Positions 61,131-64,000 of a stretch of DNA of 64,000 bases are shown here, in pieces (position 1 is the stretch's first letter; the number at the start of each line of letters is the position of its first letter). This DNA is from a virus (Duplodnaviria; Caudoviricetes): IMG/VR virus record IMGVR_UViG_3300026094_000002. One strand, written 5' to 3'. The notes beneath the pieces were generated by a model. That model was not told the origin of the DNA and did no database searches. It saw only the letters and a list, made by a program, of their open reading frames with translations. A program made the translations under genes and the position numbers.

Positions 61131-61940
61131 TTATCCTACGAATGCACGTTCAAGAACAAATGAACAGGGAGTTTTTCTGCCACCTTGTACCCAGTTCTTG
61201 CTTTTTAGGATGTCACGAATTTCTACATTAAAATCCATGTTTCCACAAAGCATGACTTTATCTGTGTCTGGTGCAGCGTCAGTCATTAATATGCCTTTCC
61301 TAATCAAATCAGTAATACGCTGCGTAAATCCACCCCATGTACCATCTTGAGTGACAACAGGAATATAATCTACACCTGCATCTTTTAGAAATTCATCATA
61401 TGCCGCAAGTTCATCAGCGGTTCTCACACTCCAAACAAGGTGAAGATTTTCATACTTTTCCTTGGTAGCGGCGTCTCGTAGCAAACTAATAAATGGGGCA
61501 ATACCAGTGCCTGTTGCCAGCATCCAAAGGTCTTTACCATCGCTTAGATTATCAAGGATTAAACTGCCCGTTGGCTGGTTACTGACATAAACGGTATCTC
61601 CAACTACAATGTTCTGCAACTTACTAGTAAGAGGACCATCTGGAACCTTGATACTATAGAATTCTAAGTAATCGTCACTAGGACTTGAAGTAATACTATA
61701 TGCACGTTTAGGAGCGTCATCAATACTAATCATAGTAAAGTCGCCAGCAGTAAATTCAAAGTTGTCTGGCTTTGTCACTCTAAACCGAAAAAGATTATCA
61801 GTATAATGTTCTACTTCGGTTACAGTCATCAGTCCCTGTTCTTCTGCCAGAAACCGCTGATACTCAACCTGATATTCTTCTTCTGAGAGGTTGTGCCAAC
61901 CTCTACAACCGTCTGGTGATCTGCCACATCCACATGTCAT
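61131..61940 (-). CDS. fpr: ferredoxin-NADP+ reductase with N-terminal CDGSH-like Cys/His domain
   Basis: RAYSI, GPLTSKL, ATGTGIAPF.S, MLCGN, ERAF; N-terminal CGCGRSPDGCRGWH. Confidence 0.88.
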   Translation of the reverse strand: MTCGCGRSPDGCRGWHNLSEEEYQVEYQRFLAEEQGLMTVTEVEHYTDNLFRFRVTKPDNFEFTAGDFTMISIDDAPKRAYSITSSPSDDYLEFYSIKVPDGPLTSKLQNIVVGDTVYVSNQPTGSLILDNLSDGKDLWMLATGTGIAPFISLLRDAATKEKYENLHLVWSVRTADELAAYDEFLKDAGVDYIPVVTQDGTWGGFTQRITDLIRKGILMTDAAPDTDKVMLCGNMDFNVEIRDILKSKNWVQGGRKTPCSFVLERAFVG

Positions 61941-61965
61941 ATGTTTTATTTCCTATTTTAATGTA

Positions 61966-62041
61966 TGGTGGGTGCGGAGGGTCTCGAACCCCCGGCCAGC
62001 GGATTAAAAGTCCGATGCTCTACCAACTGAGCTACGCACCC
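61966..62041 (-). tRNA. tRNA-Lys(TTT)
   Basis: GGGTGCG/CGCACCC-A-CCA, CGGA-CTTTTAA-TCCG, canonical D and T arms. Confidence 0.95.
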
Positions 62042-62108
62042 GTTTTAAAACTTATTTCAATATGTGTAGACTATCAGTAAATGATTTCTCAGTCAATGTT
62101 TTTTTAAA

Positions 62109-63325
62109 TTAATAATCTACAACAGAACGGTACATTGAATATGTCAAAACAGCCAACCCAGCTAATATTTTAACAACCCCAAGATACTCAACTGTCCAGC
62201 AATCAAAAAAACTGCCTGACTGTTGTGCTGCAACACCAATTGCTATTAATATTCCGGCTACTGTTTGTCGCCTTTCGCAAGAGTCTATTCTTGCTTTTAA
62301 TATTGAATTTTCACTCATGATATACCCTGAAGTTCTGCATACTTTTCGTATGATACTTTAAACTCTGACCCACAAGTATCACAAATCATACGCCCCAAAT
62401 ACTCACTGGTTTCTTGTTTAATCATTGGACAGATAATGCCCTGCTCACATGCAGGGCACTGTCTTGGGTCATTTCTAATATCATCTACAATATCAACCAT
62501 GACTACTTTTCCTATTACTTGATAGATCGTAATTTAGATCGTAGTTCTACAACAAAGTATGTTGCAAAAATCAGAAAGTAGATGCCGACTGCAACAAAGA
62601 TAGGAGAGAAAACATATAACCAACTCCAATCAATAACTGCGGTTAGTTTGAGTACGATGAATACAATTGTAAGTGTTTCAAGAAATCCCATTTTTAAATC
62701 CTCTTGGTATATTTCAAGTTATTTCAATATATGCTTTAACAGTTGAGTTGTCAACCCCGGCGTTGAAGACGATGTTCTTTGCCGCGATCATGTGCTCCAA
62801 TTAACCACACGCCACCAAACAACACAAGCATCATAACAGCACCTAATACACTACCCATCCAACCTCGCTCTGAACCAGCCACCGCATCTAGTACGACAGG
62901 GCCGATGAGCGGTAAGGTTCCCGGGTGCGATCCGTATCGTTCAAGATAACCTGAACCAGATATACAATCTTGAATACGCTGTTTGATCATGCTGTAACCC
63001 ATTTTACTTCGTGTTCTGTGACTATTGCCTCTGAACCATCATACTCTTCGATAAAGAAACGAACACCCTCGGGCAACCACGCCACCTGAAGAGCATCTGC
63101 ACCGCCCGGGAAGAAATGGTTGTCACCCTGATTCCACTTCTCTCGTGCTCGCCCTTCAATTGCGTCTGCTTGTTCGCGGTCAAGTACCATTTGGACTATC
63201 TCAGGGTCAAAGATGCACTCTGGGCAGCCTGTGTTCCAAGAAAACCAACCGCCACCAAAGCCCGGCGAGTATAGCACTGCGACTTTTCTTTCACGAATAA
63301 TCTTGTTCATTGACATATCAAGCAT
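62109..63325 (-). other. small ORFs 62109-62318, 62315-62500 (CxxC zinc ribbon), 62751-63002, 62987-63325
   Basis: CPAC...CDTC; 62987 has VAVLYSPGFGGGW. Confidence 0.55.
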
Positions 63326-63392
63326 CCTTTTTAACTAACACTTGTGTGCAGAATACAGGCGAGGGGAGTGCTTGTCAAGTATTATTGTGCAA

Positions 63393-63920
63393 TTATTTGT
63401 AATAAGGATTGCTGGGGTCAGCATCGTTTGATTTGTCAGGCCACCAATCGTTTTCATATTTTTCGCCTTTCTCAAACATACGCTTCATTGATTTAATACG
63501 CTTTTCATATTCTGCTTTTGAAGGCTTAACATTATTAGTAACAACATCGATAACATATTGCAGCGTTACCGCATTAGCAGTAAGTGTAGCACAGCGTCCA
63601 CCCACTTCACCCTTAAGGTGGTCAATTAGGATGCTTTCTGAACTTTTGGCAAATTCATCAGAGAGTTCATGTGGGATATCCAAATCAATATATGAATAAA
63701 CAAAATCGTAATGTGGGGTTGGTGAACTATGAAGGATATATTCATCCAACACTTCAATACGCTTGAATCCATCTTTGTTGTACCAAACTGCACGTTCTGT
63801 TGTTAGTTCGTCAGGTTTGCCAAAAGTTTTTTGTAAGTGTTTAATATAATTTACTGGATCTTGGTTGTTCCACTGAGAAAGTGGATCTTTATCCTCGGAT
63901 AAGATATCTTTTATTTTCAT
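63393..63920 (-). CDS. hypothetical protein
   Basis: 175 aa; TAAATA upstream. Confidence 0.6.
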   Translation of the reverse strand: MKIKDILSEDKDPLSQWNNQDPVNYIKHLQKTFGKPDELTTERAVWYNKDGFKRIEVLDEYILHSSPTPHYDFVYSYIDLDIPHELSDEFAKSSESILIDHLKGEVGGRCATLTANAVTLQYVIDVVTNNVKPSKAEYEKRIKSMKRMFEKGEKYENDWWPDKSNDADPSNPYYK

Positions 63921-63964
63921 ACAGTGTATTTATTAAGATATGGGAGATTGAGAAAGGATATGAA

Positions 63965-64000
63965 TGCTCCGGCGGTAGGAGTCGAACCTACATAAATGAC
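63965..64000 (-). tRNA. 3' part of a tRNA (anticodon outside window)
   Basis: GTAGG-TTCGACT-CCTAC T-arm followed by CGCCGGAGCA acceptor strand. Confidence 0.75.

Noticed and set aside
341-63699. Most plus-strand ORFs in the track overlapping minus-strand genes
   Set aside because: Antisense shadows with no recognisable motifs; credible plus-strand genes are only 2768, 19838, 22716, 26230, 26588, 26831, 51621 and 52010.
1-64000. CRISPR array, rRNA, transposase/integrase, reverse transcriptase, intein or group I intron
   Set aside because: No spaced identical repeats or diagnostic motifs seen; coxA, clamp loader and PhoH are uninterrupted and of normal length.

Overview
A 64 kb segment of a large, AT-rich dsDNA tailed phage, probably a T4-superfamily-like jumbo myophage. 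It is gene dense and mostly on the minus strand. TAAATA/TATAAATA late-type promoters precede structural and enzyme genes, and consensus TTGACA-17-TATACT/TACAAT promoters precede small early ORFs. Spanins indicate a Gram-negative host; the CtaD and aminotransferase look proteobacterial (inference). Contents in order: DnaJ, spanin/spanin/M15 endolysin, PhoH, clamp loader, GroES-like protein, DnaE fragment, tail/baseplate and collagen fibre genes, GT4, heme oxygenase, SOD, lipase, a full-length cytochrome c oxidase subunit I with a DUF2244-like gene, radical SAM, dCMP deaminase, class III aminotransferase, sulfotransferase, an MTase-nuclease-MTase unit, TilS, many small ORFs, and a tRNA/ncRNA region. 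The strongest candidates for new biology are: (1) a phage-borne coxA with all catalytic residues intact; (2) a tRNA-like RNA -> coiled-coil protein -> ~240-nt multibranch RNA unit at 54171-55126; (3) a run of closed-stem ncRNAs at 55629-56015, including a permuted tRNA mimic with two T-loops; (4) a CDGSH-like domain fused to ferredoxin-NADP reductase. All family calls come from motif recognition by eye; no database search or folding program was run.
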